From: a virus
Reading direction: 5' to 3' (one strand)
IMG/VR virus record: IMGVR_UViG_3300023296_000800
Length of the DNA: 63,448 nucleotides
Under the pieces are notes generated by a model. The model made no database searches and was not told the origin of the DNA. It saw nothing but the letters and a program-made list of their open reading frames with translations. The translations under genes were made by a program, and so were the position numbers. Of this stretch, positions 44,019 through 52,986 are shown one piece after another (the stretch's first letter is position 1; each line of letters begins with the position of its first letter).

Positions 44019-44172
44019 AATGTATCATAGTTTCTTCGACATACCTAGTCGAATCAATTAAGAACATATCTCCAGACTCGGACTTAAATGGTAACAACGT
44101 TTTGGTTTTCCACATTATTTTACTCCTTAGACCGTCTATTAAGTTAGTTATGTTGCTTATCCATTTACTCAT
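43978..44172 (-). CDS. Hypothetical protein
   Basis: Coupled ORF overlapping the downstream gene. Confidence 0.45.
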   Translation of the reverse strand: MSKWISNITNLIDGLRSKIMWKTKTLLPFKSESGDMFLIDSTRYVEETMIHYEAGYTGWRLHDG

Positions 44173-44743
44173 TCATCACATCACCAGGGGGCTTAGGTGT
44201 TTGTTCGGCACCCGCTGTATGTGGCGTATAGCCTGCATGTTGCATCATGCCAACCTTAGTAGGGTCTTTATACTCAGTTATCGTGTCATGTGTGTCGTGT
44301 TTACGGTTCAGTTTTGGATGGTTTAACGCTTCATACAAAACGAAGCGGTGCTTAAAGTCTCCAGTATAGGGCCTCTTAACATTATTAATGTATACTCCCC
44401 TTTCGTTGTAATCCTCTACCCGACCCTCGTGGTTTGGGTTAGTTGTGGATACACCATGGATAGTGACATGATCACCTATATTATAGGTCCTATCGGCTGA
44501 ACTCGGCTTTAGCTGTTGTTTATCTTCCAATTCACTCATCTTATAGGACATCTTATAGGATTCTTGGTGATCACCAATCAGACGCACACCGTTTGGTGAG
44601 AATTGCATAAGAAATTCTTCAATAGTCATGGCTAACAACTCTGCACGAGTCGATCTACCGCCACAATTGTTTGTTGCAGTATAGACACTGAATAAACTCT
44701 CGTAATAATTCTCTAATGCTTTAGGGTCTGTAAGTTTTTTCAT
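44165..44743 (-). CDS. Hypothetical protein
   Basis: 192-aa ORF in array. Confidence 0.7.
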   Translation of the reverse strand: MKKLTDPKALENYYESLFSVYTATNNCGGRSTRAELLAMTIEEFLMQFSPNGVRLIGDHQESYKMSYKMSELEDKQQLKPSSADRTYNIGDHVTIHGVSTTNPNHEGRVEDYNERGVYINNVKRPYTGDFKHRFVLYEALNHPKLNRKHDTHDTITEYKDPTKVGMMQHAGYTPHTAGAEQTPKPPGDVMNE

Positions 44744-45186
44744 ACTGGTATCCTTGTTAATAATTCATTTTGCATAACCAGTAACATCATCTCATTATGC
44801 TTTGGGTACCCAAAGCTTGGGTCTGTCTTTAACAATAGATCATAGACAGCTTGTACATGCTTTGTTGTCATGTCCATCACCCGAACATAAGTTACTGGTT
44901 GATCACCGTTTATCCCATAACTGCCCCAACGAACCTTTGATCGTATCAAGTCGTGGTCGTCGTCGTTATTCAGAGACAACATTGTCTCATCACCATTATT
45001 AGAACGCCTAAGGAACGTAAGACCTCCATCGATCATATACCACTTACCATTAGCATCAATGTACTCATTGTAATCATGACGATATCGAGATTCCAATACA
45101 GTACCATCAGGTGTACGTAGTGCACTGTACACAACTCTTGTTCGGTGTTCTGTCTCGGGGTGTTTAATACGTTTAGTGTACCACAT
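44740..45186 (-). CDS. Hypothetical protein (TPDGT..LES..RHDY family; paralog of 51922)
   Basis: ALRTPDGTVLESRYRHDY...YMIDGG...WGSYGINGDQP. Confidence 0.8.
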   Translation of the reverse strand: MWYTKRIKHPETEHRTRVVYSALRTPDGTVLESRYRHDYNEYIDANGKWYMIDGGLTFLRRSNNGDETMLSLNNDDDHDLIRSKVRWGSYGINGDQPVTYVRVMDMTTKHVQAVYDLLLKTDPSFGYPKHNEMMLLVMQNELLTRIPV

Positions 45187-45332
45187 GTGAATCCTCCTCC
45201 TCTTCTTCATCTTCAACAATGTCACAACAACCATCTTCGTCGCCGTGCAACCAGTCCTCGCAACTACCATTCCATCCATCAATATTCATATACAGAGTAT
45301 ATCATAGTTTTGGATACAATGCAACACCTTAA

Positions 45333-45542
45333 TTAATCTAACACTGGAGGAAGGGGTTGAGGCATCCAGTGAGTAACATCGTCTGTCAAGAACCCATGTC
45401 TCCCACCAAATTGATGACAGGTGTAACCTTCCTCAACGAAAGTTCTATATGTACCAAAGTGCATACCCACAAATTCAAAATAGTATATAACCCTTTGATC
45501 CTCAGTTGGGTATCTGTCTTTAACACTGATCCATTCACTCAT
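45333..45542 (-). CDS. DUF551-like protein
   Basis: MSEWISVKDRYP...VTHWMP.P.PP. Confidence 0.8.
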   Translation of the reverse strand: MSEWISVKDRYPTEDQRVIYYFEFVGMHFGTYRTFVEEGYTCHQFGGRHGFLTDDVTHWMPQPLPPVLD

Positions 45543-46023
45543 GATCCTTCTCCGTATTTAAAGTTGCTATGATTTCATCTGGGGTAAAGTAGCGCCAATA
45601 TCCATAATGAGGGGAGTCCTTAGGTAATTTACCATGCATATCCTCATCTTCATGTTCCACAATTGCGGCGGTACTTCTGGATCTTTTGCGATATACAAAT
45701 CCATTCACTGCGAATAATGTGCCAAAAGGGGCTACTTTAAAAACCATATCAGTTGAGTATTTTGTTTCCCATTCGTAATATCCACCATCATATATAAATT
45801 CTTTCGGCGGTGTTGGTAATGGCATCCAATGCGATACATCATCGATTTCTATCTGATCAATATCATCTAGTACTATCCACCAAGTCTCAGTAGGATTAAA
45901 ATAATTCCCATTATCAACATAAAGACTTACACTGGCATAACTCTTGCTACAATGAATATATCCAAGAACGTGTTCGCCTTCTTTTGGTAATCTATCGTTG
46001 ATGCTTATCCATTCACTCATCAC
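45535..46023 (-). CDS. DUF551-like protein with C-terminal extension
   Basis: MSEWISINDRLP...VSHWMPLPTPP. Confidence 0.8.
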   Translation of the reverse strand: MMSEWISINDRLPKEGEHVLGYIHCSKSYASVSLYVDNGNYFNPTETWWIVLDDIDQIEIDDVSHWMPLPTPPKEFIYDGGYYEWETKYSTDMVFKVAPFGTLFAVNGFVYRKRSRSTAAIVEHEDEDMHGKLPKDSPHYGYWRYFTPDEIIATLNTEKDHE

Positions 46024-46277
46024 TCACCTGCACCCATTAATTTTCTTGTTGCTCGCTGACTGGCGCTCTCGCATTCCCTGTAGGATATTGCTTTAGTTGA
46101 AATGCTAAATAGATTGTCCGTTATTGGTGTAGCAACTATCTCGCGCAAGTGTCCACAACAAATTACAGTCCCGCTATATTCACCGAACAGGAATTCAACT
46201 TCCCCTTTGTTTAGAGTTGTCTGTCCACCTGGGGCAGAGCTAAGATAATTCAATACATGTGTGACGTTTTTCATCAT
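46020..46277 (-). CDS. Hypothetical protein
   Basis: GAGG RBS. Confidence 0.6.
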   Translation of the reverse strand: MMKNVTHVLNYLSSAPGGQTTLNKGEVEFLFGEYSGTVICCGHLREIVATPITDNLFSISTKAISYRECESASQRATRKLMGAGE

Positions 46278-46298
46278 TTCATCCTCGTCTAATAAATT

Positions 46299-46553
46299 TT
46301 AAATTCCATATGGCATCCACATAAACCAACACATAACCAATACTATGGCAATCATGTCTCCGGTATCCAAGAATAATCCAGTAAATGATGGCACTGGGTT
46401 CTTTGCGGCTACGTACCTGTCAGCCGCATTACTAAGCGCCTTTTCTACAGTGTCATCTCCATAATCAGATTTTAGCCATTGGTTAAGTTCGATCTCGGTG
46501 GCCGGTTCGGAGGCCCAAGCTTCCATCAAATATTTTTCTCTTTCAGTAATCAT
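46299..46553 (-). CDS. Hypothetical protein (MITxRExYLM family) with C-terminal TM
   Basis: Paralog of 10115. Confidence 0.7.
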   Translation of the reverse strand: MITEREKYLMEAWASEPATEIELNQWLKSDYGDDTVEKALSNAADRYVAAKNPVPSFTGLFLDTGDMIAIVLVMCWFMWMPYGI

Positions 46554-46768
46554 AACTTCCCCTTTGGTCTCTTGCGAGCCGTAACCTCCTTAGCCTGAAC
46601 ACTTTGCTCAATGTTAGAGAAATCGAAATCAACAAGATCCTCGTTTTGCTGGTCGATAATTTCGTTTAGGAGTGCGTATCGTTGATGTACGTTTTGATCG
46701 GTTGAACTAGTCAAATAATGTATTAGTAATAATAATTGAGAATTTGATATTTTCATTGTAATTTCCAT
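46550..46768 (-). CDS. Hypothetical protein
   Basis: Coupled ORF. Confidence 0.55.
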   Translation of the reverse strand: MEITMKISNSQLLLLIHYLTSSTDQNVHQRYALLNEIIDQQNEDLVDFDFSNIEQSVQAKEVTARKRPKGKL

Positions 46769-46778
46769 AGTTGTTTAG

Positions 46779-47072
46779 TTATAAGTATTCGCATTCAATC
46801 GGACAAAGAGGGCTAACGCTGAACAACATCTTCCCAGTATCCGAACGCCCTATATATGTTGAATAGGGGTCGCCAGTGTAATGCAGGAAATCATGCTTGA
46901 TTCCCGCCACCACGCCTCCTGCAAGTTGCTGACCTACAAAGTAAGATTTAGCGCCTGCTTCTGTTACAATTGAAAGTGTTTTAATACTCGCGCTTGAGTC
47001 AGCGGCGGCTGTCGTAACCATCAATTCACCGCCAATGAATAGCCAATTATCCATCCTATTACCAATAAACAC
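46779..47072 (-). CDS. Hypothetical protein (start uncertain)
   Basis: ORF in array. Confidence 0.5.
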   Translation of the reverse strand: MFIGNRMDNWLFIGGELMVTTAAADSSASIKTLSIVTEAGAKSYFVGQQLAGGVVAGIKHDFLHYTGDPYSTYIGRSDTGKMLFSVSPLCPIECEYL

Positions 47073-47151
47073 ACGCTTAAATACAAGCTAATTCGTATAA
47101 CACGCTTTACCATTAGTTTACCTACCTCATTTCCAAAACCCGGTCCCATCA

Positions 47152-47406
47152 TCACTTCTCCTCCACTGATTCAGTGGTGTTGTTAATATCCTCCGCATTG
47201 ATGCGGGCCTCTATAGCGTCCCAAGTTGGTTCATACTCAGGCCAGTCATGCTCGACTACTACCGCCTTTAAAGATTCCTTTTTATGTAACAATCGGCTTT
47301 GCTCAACCCGAAAGCATATGTTACTTAACTGTATTTTTTGACTCTCGTTAAGAAACTCTTCTATATCTGACATTTTAAGTACTACATATCTTTGTTCTTT
47401 GTTCAT
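47152..47406 (-). CDS. Hypothetical phage protein
   Basis: RYVVLK.SD...VVVEHDWPEYE motif. Confidence 0.75.
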   Translation of the reverse strand: MNKEQRYVVLKMSDIEEFLNESQKIQLSNICFRVEQSRLLHKKESLKAVVVEHDWPEYEPTWDAIEARINAEDINNTTESVEEK

Positions 47407-47660
47407 CACTTCTCCTTTGCCGGCCAAAAATCGCAACGGCATGTCACAGTATAGTTTTCCCCTTTTCGGCGGGATTCAAATACAGACCAGTACCCTCCAT
47501 AACACCTCTCCACCTCATCTATGGTTCTATCATGGAACCACTCTGCAACTCCTTTGTGGGCAGGCGGACTATCTCTACGGAGCTGTTCACTGGGAACATG
47601 ATAAATTCTTGAGAACTCTCTTATGGGTTTGTTTGCCTCAACGATTGCTTCCATATTCAT
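47406..47660 (-). CDS. Hypothetical protein
   Basis: Coupled ORF. Confidence 0.6.
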   Translation of the reverse strand: MNMEAIVEANKPIREFSRIYHVPSEQLRRDSPPAHKGVAEWFHDRTIDEVERCYGGYWSVFESRRKGENYTVTCRCDFWPAKEK

Positions 47661-47810
47661 TTGAATTTCTTTCCTAGCCAGTTATGAACAGTGCCTGTTT
47701 TATTTTTATTTTTGTTTTTGGTCTTTTTATGTGTTTTTTCTATTTCTTCAAGCTCATCAAAAATAATCCAATCCGCTTGTAAGCCGTTCACCTTGCCGGT
47801 ATATTTCACT

Positions 47811-48023
47811 TCACTTTCCATAAAAATGCAGTGAGACCCTTCTCCGATCCCAAGCCTTAAAATAGTTACTAGCCAAAAATTCTTTTCTTGCCTTTATAAA
47901 ATGACCCCGATAATCGCATTTGGCACATTCAAAAGGGCCGTACACGTAGCTTTTACGTGCATTTTCGCGTGGTAAACGGCCCTCTTCGTATGGGCCTTCA
48001 CATTTGTGGCATATAATTTTCAT
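47811..48023 (-). CDS. Zinc-ribbon protein
   Basis: CHKC...CAKC. Confidence 0.65.
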   Translation of the reverse strand: MKIICHKCEGPYEEGRLPRENARKSYVYGPFECAKCDYRGHFIKARKEFLASNYFKAWDRRRVSLHFYGK

Positions 48024-48039
48024 AACCTTTCCTCATTCT

Positions 48040-48264
48040 TCACCCTCGGCCTATTCGGCCTATTCGGTAAGCATTAATCGACATAATAATAACCGCATAC
48101 ACCCATGACAGTAAAAACGCCGCTAGACAATACCAGAGCATATTTTCGTAAGGCGCTTCGTATGTGATTAATCCAGTGAGTACCACTATGCCCTGAGTAA
48201 GCAGAACAGTGCCTGTTATATTTGTTAACATTGTTGCCCAAAAATAGCTTAATTTTTTCATCAC
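48040..48264 (-). CDS. Small membrane protein
   Basis: Two TMs. Confidence 0.6.
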   Translation of the reverse strand: MMKKLSYFWATMLTNITGTVLLTQGIVVLTGLITYEAPYENMLWYCLAAFLLSWVYAVIIMSINAYRIGRIGRG

Positions 48265-48275
48265 TTCACCTCTGT

Positions 48276-48530
48276 TTAATCTTCATTCTTCTTTCGTCTT
48301 TCTCGTTTATCTTTGATTTCAGAGAAGATGTAAGACTCCCCCGTTAGGATATCCCAGCTTTCAGAGTAGAAGGTTTTTATCTTTTCTCTCTCCTCTAATA
48401 TAATTACTACAGGTATGACAATAGGCGAGAATATTAACATTGTTATAGCTTTGAGCACTAGTTTGATTTCATCAAATCTTAGTAAGTCTTTCATGCGTAC
48501 TGCGTTTTGCAAATCTGTTTCTTTTGACAT
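48276..48530 (-). CDS. Hypothetical protein
   Basis: One TM. Confidence 0.6.
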   Translation of the reverse strand: MSKETDLQNAVRMKDLLRFDEIKLVLKAITMLIFSPIVIPVVIILEEREKIKTFYSESWDILTGESYIFSEIKDKRERRKKNED

Positions 48531-48535
48531 GTCTA

Positions 48536-48793
48536 TTATCCCTCTATTTCCATTGATATAGCCGACATACGGTCCCTATGGGATTTGGTCAATACTAACG
48601 CAATGGTGGTCCATAAAGAAATAGCCACTGCTCCACACAAATACCAGTGTATGTGTCTGTAAGAAGATGTGGGCACAATCATGTCATTGAGTACAAAAAT
48701 CGCATAAGTATAGAATGCAGTTGCTGTAACCTTTGTTATTTCGATTGATCCCTTGATACTCCACTTAAGGTTCTGGTCGCTTAGTCTTTTCAT
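48536..48793 (-). CDS. Small membrane protein
   Basis: TAATG-coupled start MKRLSDQ; two TMs. Confidence 0.6.
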   Translation of the reverse strand: MKRLSDQNLKWSIKGSIEITKVTATAFYTYAIFVLNDMIVPTSSYRHIHWYLCGAVAISLWTTIALVLTKSHRDRMSAISMEIEG

Positions 48794-48960
48794 TAAAATA
48801 CAAACGTCATAAAAAATATGTGGACTCTTATGTAGCCTGCTTCCGAGTGAACGCAAAACAAACAACGTGCCTCGTCCTCCCAATTATTGACGGACAAAAG
48901 CCAACACCCATATATTGAATCCGAAGGTATCCAATCTATTCCAAATAAGTCAAAACTCAT
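48793..48960 (-). CDS. MSFxLF family small protein, tandem copy 3 (55 aa)
   Basis: MSFDLFGIDWIPSDSIYG; below ORF-track cutoff. Confidence 0.7.
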   Translation of the reverse strand: MSFDLFGIDWIPSDSIYGCWLLSVNNWEDEARCLFCVHSEAGYIRVHIFFMTFVF

Positions 48961-48963
48961 ATA

Positions 48964-49227
48964 CTCCACTCCTTGTTAATCCAATCAATGTTTAGTCTTT
49001 TCATTCGAACGAGAAAAAGAATTTCATAAAAAATATATCGAGGAGTATATAGTCCGCGCACCAATCAGCGCCCAACAAACAACGAACCTCGCCATCCGGC
49101 CCCCAAATATTAATGGCCCCAATTAAAACTGAATATAGTGAATCCTTAGGTACCCAATTTATTACAAATAAAATAAAACTCATGTGCTCCACTCCTTGTT
49201 AATCCAATCAATGTTTAGTCTTTTCAT
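48964..49227. repeat. ~41-bp direct repeat separating tandem paralogs
   Basis: CTCCACTCCTTGTTAATCCAATCAATGTTTAGTCTTTTCAT at 48964-49004 and 49187-49227. Confidence 0.9.
49001..49183 (-). CDS. MSFxLF family small protein, tandem copy 2
   Basis: MSFILFVINWVPKDSLYS...RCLLG. Confidence 0.7.
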   Translation of the reverse strand: MSFILFVINWVPKDSLYSVLIGAINIWGPDGEVRCLLGADWCADYILLDIFFMKFFFSFE

Positions 49228-49454
49228 TATACCGAGATAAAGAACTGCATATAAAATAAATCGAGGGTTATATAGGCACCGCCATACAAGGGCTGGCCTG
49301 TATGCATGTCCACGCCTGGGTCCCAGGCAACGCCTAACAAACAACGAATATCCTCATCCCAATTATTAACGCCCATAAAATGAAACGCATATATTGAATA
49401 CTTGGTTACCCATTCTATTTCAAATAAAATAAAACTCAAATTCACGTACTCCAC
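49227..49454 (-). CDS. MSFxLF family small protein, tandem copy 1 (start uncertain)
   Basis: SFILFEIEWV..YSIY...NNWDEDIRCLLG. Confidence 0.65.
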   Translation of the reverse strand: MEYVNLSFILFEIEWVTKYSIYAFHFMGVNNWDEDIRCLLGVAWDPGVDMHTGQPLYGGAYITLDLFYMQFFISV

Positions 49455-49750
49455 TCCTTAATAATCCAATCAGTATCTTTGTCTAATAATTCCACACGGT
49501 CTTTTATTTGATTATATAAACCAGACATACTCATGCGCATGGCGTATCCTTTTTTGTGTACTACATAGCAACTGCCGCTCTCTCCATAAAAGCGCCAATG
49601 TTTTCCTGCATCCTCTACTCTAGTAATACCACTGTTCAGCCTCCAACTGCCGCCAGTAGTATATCCACCACTCCATCCGCCTAGTACTTTGTAAAGACCT
49701 GCTTCCATCTTTACGACGACCCAACTGTCTGGATAATAATCATTGTTCAT
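49442..49750 (-). CDS. Hypothetical phage protein
   Basis: YPDSWVVVK...YKVLGGWSGGY..GGSWRLNSGI...GESGSCY. Confidence 0.8.
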   Translation of the reverse strand: MNNDYYPDSWVVVKMEAGLYKVLGGWSGGYTTGGSWRLNSGITRVEDAGKHWRFYGESGSCYVVHKKGYAMRMSMSGLYNQIKDRVELLDKDTDWIIKEWST

Positions 49751-50019
49751 AAATTGTCACCTTTTTTCGCGTCGATAAACACTTTTAGGGTACGGTCTGC
49801 ATCTTGCAAACTATATCTAATGCTTTCATTTTTGTCAAGATAGTGAACATACGAACGACCTTTTTGATCTATCACCTCAAATCGAGTCACATTGTTCATT
49901 GCCTCTAGTTCTTTGACTTTATCTCTTAGGTCGTATATCTCTTGCGGTGTCCAGTCAGCATCACAGGCACATTCAGATTGGCTGTAAGCGGCACAGGTAC
50001 AACCGTAACCATCACTCAT
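49747..50019 (-). CDS. Hypothetical protein
   Basis: Cys-rich N-terminus; VTRFEVID...LQD..RTLKVFI. Confidence 0.7.
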   Translation of the reverse strand: MSDGYGCTCAAYSQSECACDADWTPQEIYDLRDKVKELEAMNNVTRFEVIDQKGRSYVHYLDKNESIRYSLQDADRTLKVFIDAKKGDNL

Positions 50020-50273
50020 TTTTTCACCTTTGCGATGTATTCCGTGGTGGGAGGCTCTATCGCGATAAGCTCTAGCATAGAAATCGCTCTGGACAATATA
50101 CGGTAAATCGGAGAAATATTAATATTCCCAGATTCGCCTACTATACCAGAAAAATCAATCTTAATGCCGTTATTGCAGATTATAGCCGGCGCAGATTTAA
50201 CTGTGAATTCACCAGCCTTTGCAAATCTGAATTCGCCAACCTTTGCAATTTCTATTTCTTTGGTGTCAGTCAT
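50016..50273 (-). CDS. Hypothetical protein
   Basis: Coupled ORF; AK(V/A)GEF repeat. Confidence 0.55.
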   Translation of the reverse strand: MTDTKEIEIAKVGEFRFAKAGEFTVKSAPAIICNNGIKIDFSGIVGESGNINISPIYRILSRAISMLELIAIEPPTTEYIAKVKK

Positions 50274-50492
50274 CTACTGAAACCAAAGCCAAGTGCCGTG
50301 TACCCATGCTATCGGAAACAAGATGGCTCCTGCAATGAGGAATCCCCATGAACCTGCAATAAAGCACGAGATTACATGAGTAAACCAGGCGGCTATCGCC
50401 CAAAGTATTATTAATATTAATGGCATAATGTATTTTCCTTATTAGTAAAGTTATAGATTAGCACACAGATGCCCCAATGTCAATCTTTAATG

Positions 50493-51146
50493 TTAATCCC
50501 AAAGTGATTCGAAGTAGACTCCGAACAGTCGGAATCCATTGCTGATGCGTTTTTGGTATTTGTCGCGAGCAACACGATCAACTTTAAAAGTGTGATTGGG
50601 CCCATGAGTCATTTCACTATGTCCATTACCGCAAGGCACCCAGACAATATCCATTTCGCCTGATTGGAACTGCTCTTCCCAATCTTCATCTACTTTGCTT
50701 TGAAATGCAAAGATCATTTCATCCATAACCCACTCCCAACGAGCAAAGTGATTATTGTCTAGGTGACCAGTTGAACTGGCCTCTGTCGTTTGCTTCTTAG
50801 TAGCACGAAGTTCTTTGGGAACATCTTTCATGTCTACCATAGGTCCACCGTGATTATCTTTTTTGAGTTGCACTAACATAGGCAATATAATAAGAGCAAC
50901 AGTGTGATCCATACTCCAAGTATCCCACGGATCAATGCGAACCATTACACGCTGTTCTAAACGGTCTAGTACTAGGTTACCTGTCCAGTTATAAACAGTT
51001 TGTAATATACCTTCGAGGTATTCTAGTGCATGATCGGTGAAAGTAATATTCTCATTATCACACATGAATCCATATTTCTTCTCCATATGCCGAGTGTGTA
51101 TATTGCTAATCCAACGACTAGGGTACTGTCCGATTTTAACTTGCAT
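50493..51146 (-). CDS. Hypothetical phage protein
   Basis: WDTWSMDHT.A.IILPML.QLK...WEWVMDEMIFAF...GFRLFGVYFESLWD. Confidence 0.8.
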   Translation of the reverse strand: MQVKIGQYPSRWISNIHTRHMEKKYGFMCDNENITFTDHALEYLEGILQTVYNWTGNLVLDRLEQRVMVRIDPWDTWSMDHTVALIILPMLVQLKKDNHGGPMVDMKDVPKELRATKKQTTEASSTGHLDNNHFARWEWVMDEMIFAFQSKVDEDWEEQFQSGEMDIVWVPCGNGHSEMTHGPNHTFKVDRVARDKYQKRISNGFRLFGVYFESLWD

Positions 51147-51576
51147 TATTATTCCTCATAGTTTGTTGGCCCTTATCTTGTTGGGCAATTGCTCTCGCAT
51201 CATGTAATGCATTGTGGGGTACCGCGCTATTGTCGCTACTTAAATCTCGACGCATCTCCATAACGATTGTCGGAAAGTTTAAACATTCGCCTGGTCCAGT
51301 TATCAATGCTTCGCAGAAGTGGTGAATATCTTCGGGCCAATCTGCTATTAGATGAATATAGTTATACCGATGCAGAAACATATACAAGCGGTGTTGAAAA
51401 ATATTTATAGGTATAGGTTCTTTTAGTAAGCATGTCATAACATGCTGGGCGACCCAACTGCTAGGATTTGCGCACTCTAATACTTCGTAAAATTCGGTGC
51501 CATCTTCAGCTACCAATGCCATCGAGATTAAATCACCTCTAAAGTCGTTAAATTCTGTATCAATGTAAATTCTCAT
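51136..51576 (-). CDS. DEDDh 3'-5' exoribonuclease (Rv2179c-like)
   Basis: IDTEF, LISMALV, DWPEDI, HNALHDAR. Confidence 0.85.
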   Translation of the reverse strand: MRIYIDTEFNDFRGDLISMALVAEDGTEFYEVLECANPSSWVAQHVMTCLLKEPIPINIFQHRLYMFLHRYNYIHLIADWPEDIHHFCEALITGPGECLNFPTIVMEMRRDLSSDNSAVPHNALHDARAIAQQDKGQQTMRNNNAS

Positions 51577-51767
51577 TCTGTATTCCATCTCAATGCAAAC
51601 CAAACCGCATCCTGTTGTTTTTTAAAATAAAAATCAGTTGACTGGTGACTACAAACTACATGCCACTTGTTTTTAAACACACTACCTAACCAAATTTCTA
51701 TTTGATCCACATCTACTGTTTTAAGTGAGACCTTATGTGGCCAGACTGATTTTTTTAATTGTCTCAT
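51573..51767 (-). CDS. Hypothetical protein
   Basis: F...DAVWFALRW C-terminal motif. Confidence 0.7.
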   Translation of the reverse strand: MRQLKKSVWPHKVSLKTVDVDQIEIWLGSVFKNKWHVVCSHQSTDFYFKKQQDAVWFALRWNTE

Positions 51768-51921
51768 TATTAATCATATCATTCCTAATACTATCAACAC
51801 TTTCTCGATAACTAAATAGAAAGACCAGAAGGGAATGACCAGTGCAAAACATGTACTCCAAAATCCCTTCGCAATAACAACGCCTGCTATCCAAATACAT
51901 ACGTATATGAAGCCAAATAAG

Positions 51922-52299
51922 TTATTCATTGGATCTATGCTCCAATTCATTTAACATTGCTGTCTTCATCTGAGGATACATACCACTCTGCGTATCAATA
52001 CACGCTTGTATGTGATCGGTGTCCATCTCAGATAGTTTAATTCGTCTTAATGGTTGGTCACCGTTGATGCCGTAACTTCCCCAAGTCATTGCTTCACGAA
52101 CTTTCTCATGTCCATCTTCCAAAGTAACCGTTAAATATTCCTCGTCTCCGTTACCACTGGATCGCACGTAATCAAACCCGCCGTCAATCATATACTCGTT
52201 GCCATTGGCGTCAATATATGTCTTGTAGTCATGTCGGAAAAAACTTTCTAATATCGTTCCGTCTGGGGTACGTAATGCATTGCTAACCATAGATCCCAT
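51922..52299 (-). CDS. Hypothetical protein (paralog of 44740)
   Basis: ALRTPDGTILES..RHDY...WGSYGINGDQP. Confidence 0.8.
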   Translation of the reverse strand: MGSMVSNALRTPDGTILESFFRHDYKTYIDANGNEYMIDGGFDYVRSSGNGDEEYLTVTLEDGHEKVREAMTWGSYGINGDQPLRRIKLSEMDTDHIQACIDTQSGMYPQMKTAMLNELEHRSNE

Positions 52300-52332
52300 G
52301 GTGCTAACCTCTTTTAGTTAAGTTAAATTATA

Positions 52333-52497
52333 ATGGTGTCCTAACGAGCTTCTACAAGTCGGGACACCAACTCTCCACCGCTTCGGACTAACGCACCCAA
52401 GTATACGGACTACTGTCATCGTATCCCTATTTGGAGATAACTAACCTCCTTCTCGTCGTAGAGGGGATAAGCAACTACTAGTCTCGGTTAGAGACAC
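52333..52497 (-). ncRNA. Putative structured ncRNA
   Basis: ORF-free GC-richer gap with several stems (GTCTC/GAGAC, TATCCC/GGGATA, GGAG/CTCC, TGGTGTCC/GGACACCA). Confidence 0.4.
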
Positions 52498-52503
52498 GTT
52501 CTG

Positions 52504-52836
52504 TTAATCTATATCTTTATATAAAACCCGAGTAACGTTTTTAACAACGAAACTGCGCCAACCTTTAGCATTGACATCATAAACTACTAAAGTGTTAGTA
52601 GGATTTTTAAGTGTTTTTGTGGGTTTTTCTTCTCCCTCTTTAACTACTTTTACTGGTAAGATTTCAGGATCAAGTGTACAGGTCATTACTCGTATATCAC
52701 CATCAAGTTTAGTGAAGGTTATTTCCGCAGTTTTAGTGAGCAAAGCAGTTTGGAGAATTTCTCTGAAGATGATCCAATCAGATTCATCCCAATTTTTCAC
52801 TAATACATCTCCGTGCGTATGTTTTTCTATTTGCAT
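52504..52836 (-). CDS. WYL_2/SH3-like beta-barrel protein
   Basis: ITFTKLDGDIRVMTCTL...VYDV..KGWRSF. Confidence 0.8.
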   Translation of the reverse strand: MQIEKHTHGDVLVKNWDESDWIIFREILQTALLTKTAEITFTKLDGDIRVMTCTLDPEILPVKVVKEGEEKPTKTLKNPTNTLVVYDVNAKGWRSFVVKNVTRVLYKDID

Positions 52837-52986
52837 TATTGAACAATCCATGATTTAAAATTTAAGAGGGGAGAACCCTCGATGTTTCAGACGCTGTGTA
52901 TAACAATAGTTAGCAATTTGTCAATTCGCGTCTTGTGTTACGTATTATACTATTTCGTGGGAGTTGAATAAAGCATTTTGGGTAGA

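Noticed and set aside
19682-48960. DGR template/variable repeat pair (19682-19770 versus 48873-48960)
   Set aside because: Mismatches include non-adenine changes, the repeat is at gene 5' ends, and no reverse transcriptase is in the window.
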